Shown piece by piece: positions 1-13,127 of a stretch of DNA of 63,815 nt. Within the stretch, counting starts at the first letter, position 1. Each line of letters starts with the position of its first letter. Source of the stretch: Lama glama (lineage: Eukaryota); NCBI GenBank assembly GCA_028534125.1, contig CM052850.1:7192186-7256000 (forward strand), written 5' to 3'. Made by a program: the position numbers and the translations under genes. The notes under the pieces are model-generated. The model searched no databases. It saw only the letters and a list, made by a program, of their open reading frames with translations, and had not been told where the DNA came from.

Positions 1-385
1 CGTATTAGATGAAATAAGTCAGAGAGAGAAAGACAAATATTATATGATGTCGCTTATATGTGGAATCTAAAATGTGACATTAATGAACTTATTTACTAAA
101 TAGAAACAGATTCACAGACATAGAAGACAAACTTATGGTTACCAGCAGGGAGGGAGAAATTGGGAGTTTGGGATTAGCAGACACAAACTATTCTATATAA
201 AATAGATAAACAGCAAAGTCCTCCTGAATAGCACAGGAAACTATATCCAATGTCTTGTAATAACCTGTAATGAGAAAGAATATGAAAAAGAATATATGTA
301 TATACATAGAAATAACAGAATCACTATGCTGTACACCAGAAACTAACACAACAATGTAAATCAATTATACTTCAATATAAATAGA
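1..385 (+). mobile_element. LINE-1 3' end (3'UTR), cetartiodactyl-type, truncated by window start
   Basis: Typical L1 3'UTR blocks 'gaaataagtcagagagagaaagacaaatattatatgat...tatatgtggaatctaaa', 'aaacttatggttacc', 'tatataaaatagataaac', 'gctgtacaccagaaactaacacaac', ending in an A-rich tail. Recognised by eye. Confidence 0.85.
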
Positions 386-1794
386 TAGAGAGATAGATAC
401 TTGGTATGTGGATGCACTTGAGAACAGTGATCATATACCGTGGGTATTTATCTATTGTCTGCCCTCCCCCTCCCGCCCACCTCCACACACTTAAATATAA
501 GTTCCATGAATAAAGGAACCAGCATATATTAGATACTCAATAAATGTTTGTCAAAGGAATGAATGATAAAGGAACAACACCTCTGGAGTCTTCACATCTC
601 TGGACCAAAATGCTAAATTCCCTCAACTATGACAAGATTTTGAGCAGCTTCAGCATCCTAGGCACCCGGAAGTAATCAATGATGGGTGCAGTACAGAGCA
701 AACACCCCCTGCTCATCCTAGTCTGTATTTTAATTAATAAAGTCTGAGTCTAAATAAGATATTGGAGTTACAACTATCACACTGTTGACTAATCATAGGA
801 AGTTTGGTTATTGACTAAAATCTTGTGTTTTTCACACTTAATGCTATACTTTTACCTCCATATGTAATTTTGCAATTCTTGCTTTGGATTTAAGTGTAGA
901 ACCTAATTTCTTTTCCTTTTAATTTTCCTATCACTTGTCTTCCTTTTCATTTATAATGCCATGTATTCTTTCACTTATTTATTGACTGCCTGCTCTGTGA
1001 CAAAAGCTATGTTAAATGTTATGGGTGTTACATGATAATTTTACAATCCCCAGGGGGAAAAAAAAATCTATTCAGCGATATTAACATGGATCAGACATAC
1101 CAACTTTAGTTGGAAAGTGAGACAGTTAAGGCTCCTTGGCCTTAAATGTAAATTGAAGTATAAATAACTGATATCGGAGCCATTCCTAGGAAGTTTTCAA
1201 TGATACAAGAATGCCACTCCAAGGACACAATGCCTAGAGCACCTGAAAACGGGAAGGCAAGTAATGCCTCAGATAGAGGGGCTTGGAAAAGGCTTACAGT
1301 CATGAGGGCAGTTGGGTTCAAACCTGTCAATCCCTCTATCCTCAAGGTTGATTTACCTTATCTGGATGTGACCAGTGGATCGCCACCTCCCGTGTCACTC
1401 CAAGAACCTCACCCTTCTTTGAACAAGGGTGTTCAAAATGTCACTCCTATCCACCAATGGATGAGATTTCTCACATGTTCCAGTGACTTCTGGGTAGTCC
1501 TTGGATAGGGGAAGAACCAGGCAGTCTGGCTCCAGATTCCAGGATCTTACCATCTCTACTCTGTTCTGCTTCCTCTTCATATTGGAAACAGGGCTAGATT
1601 TTAGTCCAACATACAAAAACTGAGTAATAAGACATGCTTTTTATACTAGTCAGTAATACAGATTACTCCTAATAAAATCAACCCTCAGATATTGTTCAGT
1701 TGAACTGAAACTGAAGAGAACAGCAAATAAGGATTGAGGATAATGGAAAGAGATTAAATGAGTTGGAGAATGATTCAAACTTTGCTCACTGCAC

Positions 1795-2150
1795 ATTTAC
1801 TCATTAATTCATCTGTTTATTCATCCTTCTGTATATCTACCCACCTACTCATTCAACAACCACGGTGCTGAGCAATTTTGCTGTCCTAGACACACATCAA
1901 ACGCTGTGGATAAGATGTGGTCTGACCTAAACTGACTTAGCAGTCTGGGGTAGGTGTGGGAGGTGAGGGGGTTGGGGGGCAGAAGCGGACAAAGGAAACC
2001 TATGGTCTAGTGGGGCAAATGCTGTCAGAAGGGGGTAATAGAGGAGTAGGGGAATGAACTTAGCCTGAAACAGGAGGGAAAAGGTGAGAGCAGAAGGCTT
2101 CATGGCAGAAGGAACACTGGATCTGGCCCTAGCAAAACTTTCTAATCTCA
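1795..2150 (-). mobile_element. LINE-2 fragment
   Basis: 'cattaattcatctgtttattcatcc...attcaacaaccacggtgctgagc' resembles the reverse complement of the L2 3' end. Boundaries approximate. Confidence 0.5.
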
Positions 2151-2231
2151 ATATTCCTGGGAAGATCCTAGAACTAATACAATTTCCAAAACAGACAACA
2201 GAAAATTGAACATACTTTTCAAGAAAAGCCC

Positions 2232-2430
2232 CGGAGCATAGTAGTTAAGGACACAGGTTTTAGAGTCAGACCCGCATTCAAATCTTAAGCTTTCTAGGCA
2301 GAATTCACTCCACTGTAAGATGGAGATCATCATGACATCCCATCATAAGGTTGTTCTGAGGGTCCAGTAAGATCAAATGTGAGGTGCACGGTGCAGTCTG
2401 TACACAATGCACATTCGGTTAATGTTGTCA
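2232..2430 (+). mobile_element. MIR SINE
   Basis: 'agcatagtagttaaggacacaggttttagagtcagacc...ctgtaagatggagat...cataaggttgttctgagg' matches the MIR head and core. Confidence 0.65.
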
Positions 2431-3407
2431 TCTACCACCTTCTTCTCCAACTCATATTCACTCTCACTCCATTCCCTCGTCTTTAATCTTCTTAGTAGCT
2501 CTAACACTACCATTAGAACCAAAGTTTGTAAGCCTCTTTTCTCTTTCACAGAGGGAATACAAAAGAAATATAATTTCTGTAAAAACTGATTTGCATTACA
2601 GTAAATTTGTCATTCTTCATGGTTCTTGGTGACTAGGTAACCAGCAGAGGAGCTAATTCACTATTTTAGCAATTTAAACAGGACCTCAGAAGAAAGGCAC
2701 CCCATGGTCACAAAGCACTGGGACAATACTAATGAGAAGATTAAAAGAAAGTTCAGCTCACATAGTCCCAGATAATCACAAATGTACCCAAGGATTATTG
2801 ACAACAACAATTACCTCGAACTGTATTATCTGCCTGGTTGGTTATTCTAAAGTCAACTTGTGTTGAACAGATGAGCTTAGAGGCGTTAATAAGTTATTTT
2901 GAAGTAGCTGGCGGGGCTCCTTCATAATAAATATCTGGGGAAATGTGAGGATACGCCTAAGGCTCCATGGTGCCCTTCATCCTAATTCTCACCTGCAAGT
3001 GAAGGATGCTCTGAGATCTCCCTGGAGGAATAGCCTATCCACAGAGCTCCTACCCCCAGTCCTCGCATGTCCTCTTTACTGGAACCACTTGCCCAGCAGG
3101 GGGGCCAGACTCATGCATTCTAAGCAAGCCTTTTGGGAAATCAAAATGCCCTTCTGCAGAGCAGTACCTATTTTCAGGGATCTGCTCCGCTAGGAGACAA
3201 AGCTCTAGGCTTGGATGACTCTCCCTTCCCTAACCTTCCCCTTGCAATCTGTAACTGCCCATCCTTTAGCTTTGTGGGAATGTGCACAGCATGGTGCCCA
3301 GGCACAGCTCTCAGAGGGCATCTCGCTCCTTGGTTTCTATTACAGATCCTCACAACTCCATGCTTTCTACTGCAGGCTGGTCCTGAACCTGGAGATCTGC
3401 TGAGAGG

Positions 3408-3906
3408 ATGGGGGCAGATGGGGAAACCGTGGTCTTAAAGAACATGCTCATTGGTGTCAACCTGATCCTTCTGGGCTCCATGCTCAAGCCCTCGGAGTGT
3501 CAGCTCGAAGTCACCACGGAAAGGGTCCAGAGACAGGCCGTGGAGGAGGAAGGCGGCACTGCCAGCTATAACACATCCGGCAAAGAGCAGCCGGTGGTCT
3601 TCAACCACGTGTACAACATCAACGTGCCCCTGGACAGCCTCTGCTCCTCAGGGCTGGAGGCCTCGGCCGAGCAGGAGGTGAGCGCCGAAGATGATGTGCT
3701 GGCGGAGTACACGGGGCAGACCTCGGACCACGAGAGCCACGTCACCTTCACCCACAGGATCAACCTCCCTAAAAAGGCCTGCCCGTGTGCCAGCTCAGCC
3801 CAGGTGCTGCAGGAGCTGCTGAGCCGAATCGAGATGCTGGAGAGGGAGGTGTCAGTGCTGCGGGACCAGTGCAGCAGCAGCTGCTGCCAACAAAGCGCTG
3901 CTACAG
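3408..3906 (+). CDS. TNR: TNR coding exon 1: signal peptide and cysteine/heptad assembly domain (exon likely starts at 3346 with 5'UTR)
   Basis: ATG in strong Kozak context (agaggATGg). Translation [31 protein letters not shown]...[11 protein letters not shown]...[22 protein letters not shown]...CCQQSAAT. Acceptor tattacag|3346, donor ACAG|gtagag. 499 coding nt, phase 1. Confidence 0.97.
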
Positions 3907-4589
3907 GTAGAGGCTGGGAGCTTGCACCTCAGGGGGGAGGGCGGGTGCCACCGCGGGGAGAGGGAGAGTGCATGAGCGTGCGCAACCACTCCCCAGGAAC
4001 CTCTTCACACAGAGGGGAAAAGCGTGCTCTAGTCTGCAGCTCTCTGTTAACACACCTCTAAGAGCTAAACGTGGTCCTTCCCGGGGGATTCGGCGCCGGG
4101 CTTCTCTCCAGCACTCAGGCAGTTTGCAATACATTAACCTGATTTTGGGGGGGTGAGTCAGGTAATGGTACATCGGTTCAGCAGAGCAACTTCTGTGGCG
4201 AGCAGGGAATTTGATGTCTGTCTTCATTCATCTTTGGTTTTCACAGGCTGTTGAATTGATATCTATCCATGTTAACCTGAGGGACTAGAGAAAGCAGGCT
4301 CTCTGTTCACTCAGTCCCAGCCTGTCTCCCGTCTGAGTAAATGAAAGTCATTAAGGTCTCAGAGGGCCTTTGCCCATCTTCTCCGCAGGATGCCGGTTTC
4401 AGCCCCTGCTCCCTCCATGAACACACGTGGGTGTGCGTACACGCACGCACATGCCCGCTCACTGAGCTTATTACAACCCCCACCCCTTGACAAAAAAGCT
4501 GAGAATCCAGGAGACGTACCCTTAGCCTAGCCCGCCCCCTGACTATTAACACTCATGAACAACTATTTTGACGTCTCTGGAAGAAGTCC

Positions 4590-4790
4590 TTTCATCTTCA
4601 GAGCCAGACTTTCTGACTTCAAATCCTGCCTCTGCTATTTACTAGATCATGCCTTAAGCAAGTTACATAACCCATGCCTTCCTTTCCTCACTGACAAATG
4701 GTGACTGACTAGAATGACAAGGAGTTATTAAACAGAAGAGCCTCCATTCAGATGACAGCCTGGCTTCTAGGAAGCACCTACGCACCATAG
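4590..4790 (+). mobile_element. MIR SINE
   Basis: 'cagagccagactttctgacttcaaatcctgcctctgctatttactag...ttaagcaagttacataacc...ttcctcactgacaaatgg'. Confidence 0.6.
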
Positions 4791-6412
4791 CTGTTATCAG
4801 CTGACCCTCAATGAGCAGAAAGTGTGTCTGTCCCCTTTTGTGCCCAGCTTCTCTCACCCAAAAGGAACCTCAGACCCATGCAATTCATTTCTTTAATGAG
4901 AAGAGGAAGGTGTCTCACTATCTTGGGTTTAAACTTATACCTGCATAGAGTCCAATAGCTCAAGGCTTGCAGAAGGATAAAGGAGGTGGCAGGAGTGACA
5001 TTTTAACAGGGCCTGGATGGCCCACGTGTCCAGGGGGCTATGGACACATTCACCCTGAGACACTAAGACGGGCAGCAGTCTTTGAGTGGTGAAGTATTTC
5101 TTAGGTTTTCTCACGTCCTCCTCCCCCTTGTAACCAAAACTACAAATAAGCTATCTGAGGCTGAGAAGAGAAAGTCCACTTGTTCAGTGTCTCCCTCCTC
5201 AGTGAGGACTGTCAGGGCAGTTCACGTTTTCAGTGGAGCTGGTGAGACTATGGGGAAGTCACAGGTGTCCACAGACGTGGGCTCTCTGCTGCCCAGGATG
5301 CTGGTGGCTTCTATAAATGGGCTTTTTGCCAGCTTCCCCCCAGGCTCCCTGGCAGACGTGAAAAAAATCTACAAGGAAGAGCTACGCTAACCCACGGCAG
5401 TGTAGCATCCCTTCTTCAGGCTGTGGGCACTGGCGGAGTGGCAGAATTAAACAAGGACAGAAGTTATTTGACTTCATATTCCCAGGGCCAAGTGCAGAGA
5501 AGGATGCCAAGCAGGTACTGGTTTTCTGTTTGTTTAATAAGATCGTTTGATTCATGCCAGACAGATAAATTAACCACCGTGGTTATAGCGTGGTAAGGGC
5601 TAGGACAGGAGATATGCATAGAATCCTAAAAAGATCACAGCAAATAGTCACTAAATGATACTGAAGTTCCGGGAAGCCTTCGAAGTGACCCTGGCGCTGA
5701 GCTGTGGTGAATGAGCAGAGTCAGAGTGTGGGACGGAGAGGGAGTGGGAAGGGTCTGCAGCACACGTGAACTTGCCCTGCATAACAGGATCCAGGCTGAG
5801 CCTCTCTCCCCTCGGATCGGCTTCAGTCCCCACAGCCAGCACCTGGGCATCTTGGTCAGGGGCTGTCCTTGGGCTGTGAGAAGCCCTTGGCCTGCCCCAG
5901 GGGACAGCAGAAGAGTCCGAGCATTTACACCCCCCAGGGACAGCCCATCATTCCCGGTGAGGTATGGCCTGCACTGTGGCCAGAACAGCCTGCAGGACTG
6001 AACCCAAGCGACCCTCCCTGGAACTCTGCCTGATGATGTGCTTGGCTTGGGCTCCTTCCTCCCCAGTCTTCCCTTCTCCTTGACCAGTTTTTCTTGGGAG
6101 CACTTCCCAGTAAGTCATCTTACCTGCATCCAAATCTCAGGTCTGCTTCTAGGGGACCCAAGGTAAGACACATGGAAGGCGAGCTCCTGAAGGACAAGGG
6201 ACCCCAGCTCCCTCATCCCTGCCCCCAGCACGGGCCAGGCACGGACAACCCAGACTAGAGAAAAACATTTATGAAGTCGATGATGTACCAAACTAGTTCT
6301 CAGCAACACAGATCTGATCAGAGAGTGAGCAGAGGTCTCTGGCCGCCACCCCCATACACCATTTACCGGAAGTTCCACTGCCCCTCTCTGACCTTCTCCT
6401 TGGCCGTTTCAG

Positions 6413-6889
6413 GACAACTGGACTATATCCCTCACTGCAGTGGCCACGGCAACTTTAGCCTCGAGTCCTGTGGCTGCATCTGCCACGAAGGCTGGTTTGG
6501 CAAGAACTGCTCGGAGCCCTACTGCCCGCTGGGCTGCTCCGGCCGGGGCGTGTGCGTGGACGGCCAGTGCATCTGCGACAGCGAGTACAGCGGGGACGAC
6601 TGCTCGGAGCCCCGGTGCCCCACAGACTGCAGCTCCCGGGGGCTGTGCGTGGACGGGGAGTGCGTCTGCGAGGAGGCCTACGCGGGCGAGGACTGCAGCG
6701 AGCTGAGGTGCCCTGGGGACTGCTCGGGGAAGGGGATATGTGCCAACGGCACCTGCTTATGCCAGGAGGGCTACGCCGGTGAGGACTGCAGCCAGCGGCG
6801 GTGTCTGAACGCCTGCAGCGGGCGAGGACACTGCCAGGAGGGCCTGTGCTTCTGTGAAGAGGGCTACCAGGGCCCTGACTGCTCGGCAG
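6413..6889 (+). CDS. TNR: TNR coding exon 2: 4.5 tenascin-type EGF-like repeats
   Basis: Acceptor gtttcag|6413, donor GCAG|gtagga. 477 nt, phase 1-1. Translation [16 protein letters not shown]...[27 protein letters not shown]...[12 protein letters not shown] with 31-aa periodic six-Cys motifs. Confidence 0.98.
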
Positions 6890-9800
6890 GTAGGAAGGGG
6901 AGCTCCGCGGGGCCTGTGGCCGGGGTGGTCCAGCAAACTAACTGGAGGTGGGAAGAGAGATGGGAGGGGAGGTGAATTTCAGGCAAAAGAATTCCCAGTT
7001 CGGTCATGCACATTTCCAGCTCCAGAGAGCTGGTTTCTTGAGTCAATCACAATTGACGAGGCAGGTCTAAGACAGGAAGGGTGGAAACCAGAAAAGGTCA
7101 AGTTCAGGCTGAAAGTGGGATCTGACCCCAAGACTGGAACAAAGGCAATGGTTATAATGGTGACAGCATCTCACTGTCCTTGGGATGGAGGAAAGCGGAG
7201 AGCCAGGCCATGGGACCCCCTAGGCAAGGCAACTAACTCAGCGGGCTTCCAAGAGGTCCGCCTGCTCCAAAGTACCCCCTTGCCTGTTGTCATGTTCCAG
7301 GGACACGTCCTTTTACGATGCAGTGCGTGAGAAGGCCGTTAGTCTGGGATAACCAGACTAACCAGGCACTCCGATTATTCTGGAGCTTACACATCACAGA
7401 GTGTTATTAATTTATGAAATGATCTAGTGGCCACATGGATAAAAACATTTACGGGCAAGGAATTGCATGCAAACAGGAACAAAGTACCAAAGGCGTGGAG
7501 CAACAGCTCACATTCTAACATTAGTACAAACATTAAAAGCACAGAACATTAAAAGGCTATGACTCACTTGCTCCAGATGGCACAGAGCAAATCGAAACCC
7601 ATCCCATCCGTGTCTACACCATGGAAACCAACACAAAGGTGTTGTCCCGAAATGAAGACCTAAATCCATCAGTGGGAAAATATCAATATCTCATTGGAGA
7701 TCGCTTTCTTTTCCCTAAAATCAGATTATGTCCATCATCTCACTATTATTGCTCGTCCTCTTCTGGCTGAATCAGTGACTCTTGCTGATACATTTGTGTT
7801 TCACACAGTACACAGGAGTCATTGATCCTGACACTTCCGTTTATAGTTCAATCTTGTAACAAGTGGGCTCAGAGTGCCCAGGGGGAAGATTTAAAGTAAA
7901 CAACAACAACAAACAAACATTTTTAAAGTGGATGATTGATTCTAGGAATGTTCTCATCAGCCTTCTGACATCAGTTTAAGCGGGACATCCTGGGAGACCA
8001 GCTTCACCAGCCTTTTACTCTTAAGCATCATCAGTGACTCCCATCTAGATAGCAGACCAACAGACGAGACTCCTGCACCTGTGACTCCAAGTTCTTTTAC
8101 AAGGTCCATGGCAATAACTGAAAGAAAAACAACTTTTAACTCACTGCTTAGCAAAAACAAATATTTCCGTGTTCCTCCATTTTTTCTGTATTCAATTATT
8201 TCATTTAGCCTTCTAATTTTGTTCTTAAAATTATAAAATAATTCCTAAAATTATAAATAGTTATACCAATTGTTCCGAGGGAAATTTCTGGCAGAAGTTG
8301 AGCTTTGTCATTTTCGAATCCAAAGTCACTAGGGAATTGCTGGGAAGGGGAGGCTGAAGCAGGATCCTAGTTCCCACCCATGGGATGAGGCTGCACGAGG
8401 CACCCTTGGAGGATGCTAAGGGTCAGCTGGGGCCCTCGCTATGTATGGCTACTCTACAGTTCATGTGCTTCTTAATAAAATTGACCCCTGGTGGGTGGTA
8501 TGTACCTGCCATGTTCTTGACCCTGCTCTTCCATAGCGATGGGCTCATTTGCAAACAGAATCTTAATCTGATCCAGGGTCCAAACTGAACTGGAGCTAAA
8601 CCCTCCTGGTCACTCAAGGAAGACCCAACAGCTGCCAGCGTAACTACCACTGGGTTGAGTCCAAACCACGAGCACATGTTACCTCCAACAAGTTACCTCT
8701 GTGCCGTCTGAGGAAGACTCCTGGATGCCCCGATGAAGCACAGGTTCCCAAAGCATGTGAGGAGGGACAGTTGCATAATCGCCATCCGTTTCTATAGCAA
8801 CCATGGAGCCACAATGAGTATTGCAGGAGGTGCTGCTCTTAGTGCTTGTCTTTTAAACCAAATGCCGTGGGTCTTTTCCAGGGAAATATCTAGGTCATTA
8901 TCTAAAGTGCTGCTTTGCTGGCTCTTTGTGAAATGGCTCTAGGAGAGGGGCTGTTTATCCACTGTTTGACATTTCTGGCCAGGTGCACACACTCCAGCGT
9001 TACCATTCCCCGTGCCAACAGGAGTGAGGGGAGAGAATGAGGAAGGTGAAAACATGGAGAGCCACAGAGCACACTTCCTCGGAGGTCATTCTTTTCTCTT
9101 CAGCAAGGGCGTGGGTGAGGGCTGCCCACCGTGTGGTCTTCCTTCCCAAACCCCTCAAGCCACCAGGGTTTGAATGCAATTGAATGGCACAAGGCTGCTC
9201 TGCTTGACTCTGAGCCTTGATCTTTCTCATGGTGGTCCCCGGGGCCAGATCTCAACCCTTCCGCCTCTGTTCTCTGGCCACTCTAAGACAACAGAACAAA
9301 AAAATTCATGAATATGGGCACTTAAAACAGGCCTTAGAAAGAAGCGACTCTGGGCTTCTCATTTTACAAATTGAAAAAGCGGCAGCCCAGGGAGATGGAA
9401 AGATTTTTTCCAGAGCCAGACGGCTAATTAATGGCAGAGCAAGAATGAGCACCCTGGTCTCCTACCAACTTCTAGCGCTCTTTAATCCTCCCCGGGACGC
9501 TAAGTAGAGTGGAATCGGAAAATAAAATTTTTGGAAGCCACATACACAAAGGAATAGTCTCTTAATATGAAAGCTGAGCTCTGTCAAATGATAAAAAATG
9601 AGGTGTTGGAGACAGGGTTAGGGAAGCACGTTAAACCATTTGTCCACATCGGCCCCCAGTGAAGGAGGTTAGTGCCGGAGCTGGCCAGTGGGCTGGCCAC
9701 AACTCCCCATGAATCAGCAGGATAAAAGAACCACCAGAGCCGGGCCTCGAAAGACTCCAGAGAGCCATTCCCTGGACTTCAGTCAGACCTGCAGAGATCC

Positions 9801-10799
9801 ATCAGCTCCAGCCTGTGTCTCTGCCAGCGCCGCAGCCAGCCCGACCTTTGGCACCTGAAATCACTGGCTCCTCCGCGCGAGACACTTCCTGGAACTAATT
9901 CAACCGTTCTCACCACATATGTGCAAAACTGATGCAAGAGCCCAAAGTAAACAGCATGGCGTCTCTGCAGATAAGCAAACTGCAATTCCTCAAGCCACAG
10001 TTTATTCCTTTTTAACTGCCTGCTCTTCCCCAAGTTTCCACGTTGGAACCCCGAAGAAAGTAAGACTAAGAATATTTTGCACCCATCCTAAATTCCTTGC
10101 ATCGAGGCATACGGCTCTTGCAGAGTCCACTTTATGGCTCGATATCATTTCATTTTGTAAGAATTACTGGCACCCGATGTACACAGCTGCTGCTCAGTCA
10201 TACAGCCAGGGGGGCTGGCCTCCTCCACCGAGCCACAGCTCTCAGGAGTGCTTCCTCCACGAGCGACACCATCGCTCCTTTCTCATCAGAAGCGAAGGCA
10301 GCGTTTGCCATCACCAGGCTCAGGTCTCAAGACAAAAAAAAATTGCCAAGTTGTCCAGATGAAAAAAAACCCTTCTGCACCTCTTTTTCACTTTAAAATC
10401 CCCAAATGCTCTGCTTGGATCATTTGGATCTCCATTGTCATTATTAGTTTTATTTTCCAGAGGAAGGAACTAAAAAGGAACACACTGACTTGGCCCAAAG
10501 GCCCTGAGAGTTGTTGGTGACTTGAAATTTGGAACGGCCGTTTCTGTCACCACGACAGAAGGAGTCCCACAGGAAATTTGGAATCAGTGCACTGAATCAC
10601 AAAAGGCAGGCACTAGAGAATCTCTTTCAAAAGGAGCTTCTTACCTCTAGGATAAGCACCAGTCTGGAATTCCCATCCTAAAACATAGTCTGAATTATTC
10701 GCTGGTGCCGCTTTTCTTTGAGGGCTCTGTATAAATGAGAGAAGGCATCTGGCACAATCCATAACCTGTCCTACAAGTTGTAGGGGGACGAACATACTA

Positions 10800-11230
10800 A
10801 GTGTAGAAGATCTGGGTTTGAGAATCAGTTCTGCTATGACCAAACTCCCTGACTCATGGCAAGTTCCTTACCCTGGGCCTCAGTTTTTCATTTGTCAAGT
10901 TGGGATAATTATAGCTGCCCAATCTACTTCATAGAGCTCCTATTAAAGGATTTTTTTAAATGCTAGTTAGACGGTGTATCTAAACAAGTTTTATAGACTG
11001 AAATGCTATGCGAAGTCGTCTTGTGTACTGGCTAAAAGACTCTAGAGTCATTGTGCCTGGGTTCAAACCCCGGCTTCTGCGTTTGCTGGCTGTGTGATCC
11101 AGTTTTCCTTCCTGTAAACAGGGGTTAAAATAGTACCTATCCCATACTGTTGGTGAGAGAATGAAATGAGAATATCCATGTAAGAATGTTTAGTGTTGTG
11201 CTCAGTACATAATAAATGCTCGATAGAAAC
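10800..11230 (+). mobile_element. Two adjacent MIR SINEs
   Basis: 'ggcaagttccttaccctgggcctcagtttttcatttgtcaagttgggataat' and 'ctagagtcattgtgcctgggttcaaaccccggcttc...ctgtaaacaggggttaaaatagtacctatcccata...aatgaaatgagaatat'. Confidence 0.65.
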
Positions 11231-12192
11231 ATGCAAGATACTAACTCTTCTTTCTTTGGTCCAAGGGTCATTCTGTATGCATTATACAGGCTATGCCAAA
11301 GATCTGAGTGCAATTCAAAGCTTTAATCATGTCAGACTTGGATATGATCTAAGTTCATAAATTCTCATCCGAAAGTTGATTTCAATTGCATTTATATTTG
11401 TTTAGTTTTATAAACTTAAAAAATAAATTTTTAATTTTCTGTTTCGGTTAACATTTGCCATCTTCAGTCGCAGGAAGCTCTGCTATCTAGACTGTGTTAT
11501 ATCATGAATAGTTTGGGGCAAAAGCAATCAAAGCAAATGCCCAACACTGCAAATACATGTTCCCAATTTCCATCTTGAGTCCTCATTTCTGCCTCTGCTA
11601 AGGATCTGAGGGCTCTCCTGTGAGCACAAGACAGCAGGCATGCACCTTCCACACACATGGCCCCATGAAGAGCAGCTGGCTCAGTCCTACGCTCTTGTAA
11701 AGGTGAAAGAATGAGAATTCTCAGGGGAGATATTCAACACCAATGACAACTCTTGAACTAATCGAAGCCTCCACTACATATAAACTTATGAGTTAATTAT
11801 GACCATTTAAATGTTGGCCTGATCTCTGATTTAATCTATGGACAGTTCCAATTACGGGCACACTGGAGTTAGCTTCCTAATTGGTCTTAAAGGTTCAATT
11901 ATTTAATACCCCCCACTACTGGTGAATCTTCACTTCCCAAGGGAACCATACATGAAAGGCTATTTCAGTGAGGTTTAATCTTTGGGGGTTCTTTGAATAG
12001 CATTTGAGAAGTAGGACAAGAGAGAGAAGCAAAGCCCCCAAGAATAAATTTAATATTTACTTAAAATTATTTAAACTTAAATAAAATAATATTTGTTTTA
12101 AAATTTAAAATTTTTATTTTATTTATATTAAAAATTTAGTAAATTATTGTCACCAGATAACCCTGATGACAACTGGCTACTAAAAATATAAG

Positions 12193-12600
12193 CCAATGGT
12201 ATGCTGTTAAATATCTAACTAGCTCTCTGAGGGAAAAAATAAAAAGCCCTGCTTTGTAGCATTTGCTGACTTTCATGGCGTAAATACTCCCTCCACGGCC
12301 AATTTCAAACAACCTACATGACGTCACTAAAAGCTGTGTCATAGAACACAATTACGCAGTATTTCCACCAGAGAGATACAGCACACATAAACTGAATTAA
12401 GGGTATAGATAATAGTAAAATGTAGTGAGGTAATTTGCCAGTGATAAGTTTGGACTATTCATTACTTTTGTTTTTAATATAATTTACTGAATTGTAAGCT
12501 TATAAATTTTCATCTTTAGTCATGACTATTTAAAACTGTCTTGCAAAATTTGCCAATCAACTTTCACGAGCCAGTAGGAGCCGGCTCCAGCACACCACTA
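12193..12600 (-). mobile_element. MER63-like hAT DNA transposon fossil
   Basis: Ends 'ccaatggtatgctg' and 'gagccggctccagcacaccact' form degenerate terminal inverted repeats. Internal 'tttgtagcatttgctgactttcatggcgtaaatactccc' resembles MER63. Confidence 0.7.
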
Positions 12601-12707
12601 ACTCATGACCCTGGAGAGATGGGAGTGCTAAGCACGGAAAAGACAAGAACCTGCCCGCTAAGGGAATTACCAATCGCTCAAAGCCGATGAGCTGAGCAGA
12701 ACATACA

Positions 12708-13127
12708 NNNNNNNNNNNNNNNNNNNNNNNNNNNNNNNNNNNNNNNNNNNNNNNNNNNNNNNNNNNNNNNNNNNNNNNNNNNNNNNNNNNNNNNNNNNNN
12801 NNNNNNNNNNNNNNNNNNNNNNNNNNNNNNNNNNNNNNNNNNNNNNNNNNNNNNNNNNNNNNNNNNNNNNNNNNNNNNNNNNNNNNNNNNNNNNNNNNNN
12901 NNNNNNNNNNNNNNNNNNNNNNNNNNNNNNNNNNNNNNNNNNNNNNNNNNNNNNNNNNNNNNNNNNNNNNNNNNNNNNNNNNNNNNNNNNNNNNNNNNNN
13001 NNNNNNNNNNNNNNNNNNNNNNNNNNNNNNNNNNNNNNNNNNNNNNNNNNNNNNNNNNNNNNNNNNNNNNNNNNNNNNNNNNNNNNNNNNNNNNNNNNNN
13101 NNNNNNNNNNNNNNNNNNNNNNNNNNN
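12708..13127. other. Assembly gap (420 N); probable location of the missing TNR FNIII-1 exon
   Basis: Run of N between the EGF exon and the FNIII-2 exon. No FNIII-1 coding sequence is visible elsewhere in 6890-16380. Confidence 0.9.

Noticed and set aside
6271-6412. In-frame upstream extension of the EGF exon (ORF 6271..6975 starting MKSMMYQ)
   Set aside because: It lies upstream of a good pyrimidine tract and AG at 6412 and has no signal peptide or protein-like character. Chance open frame in an intron.
6440-6782. Overlapping alternative-frame ORFs in the EGF exon, and antisense ORFs over other exons (e.g. 24569..25058)
   Set aside because: Expected by-product of GC-rich codon usage with few off-frame stops.
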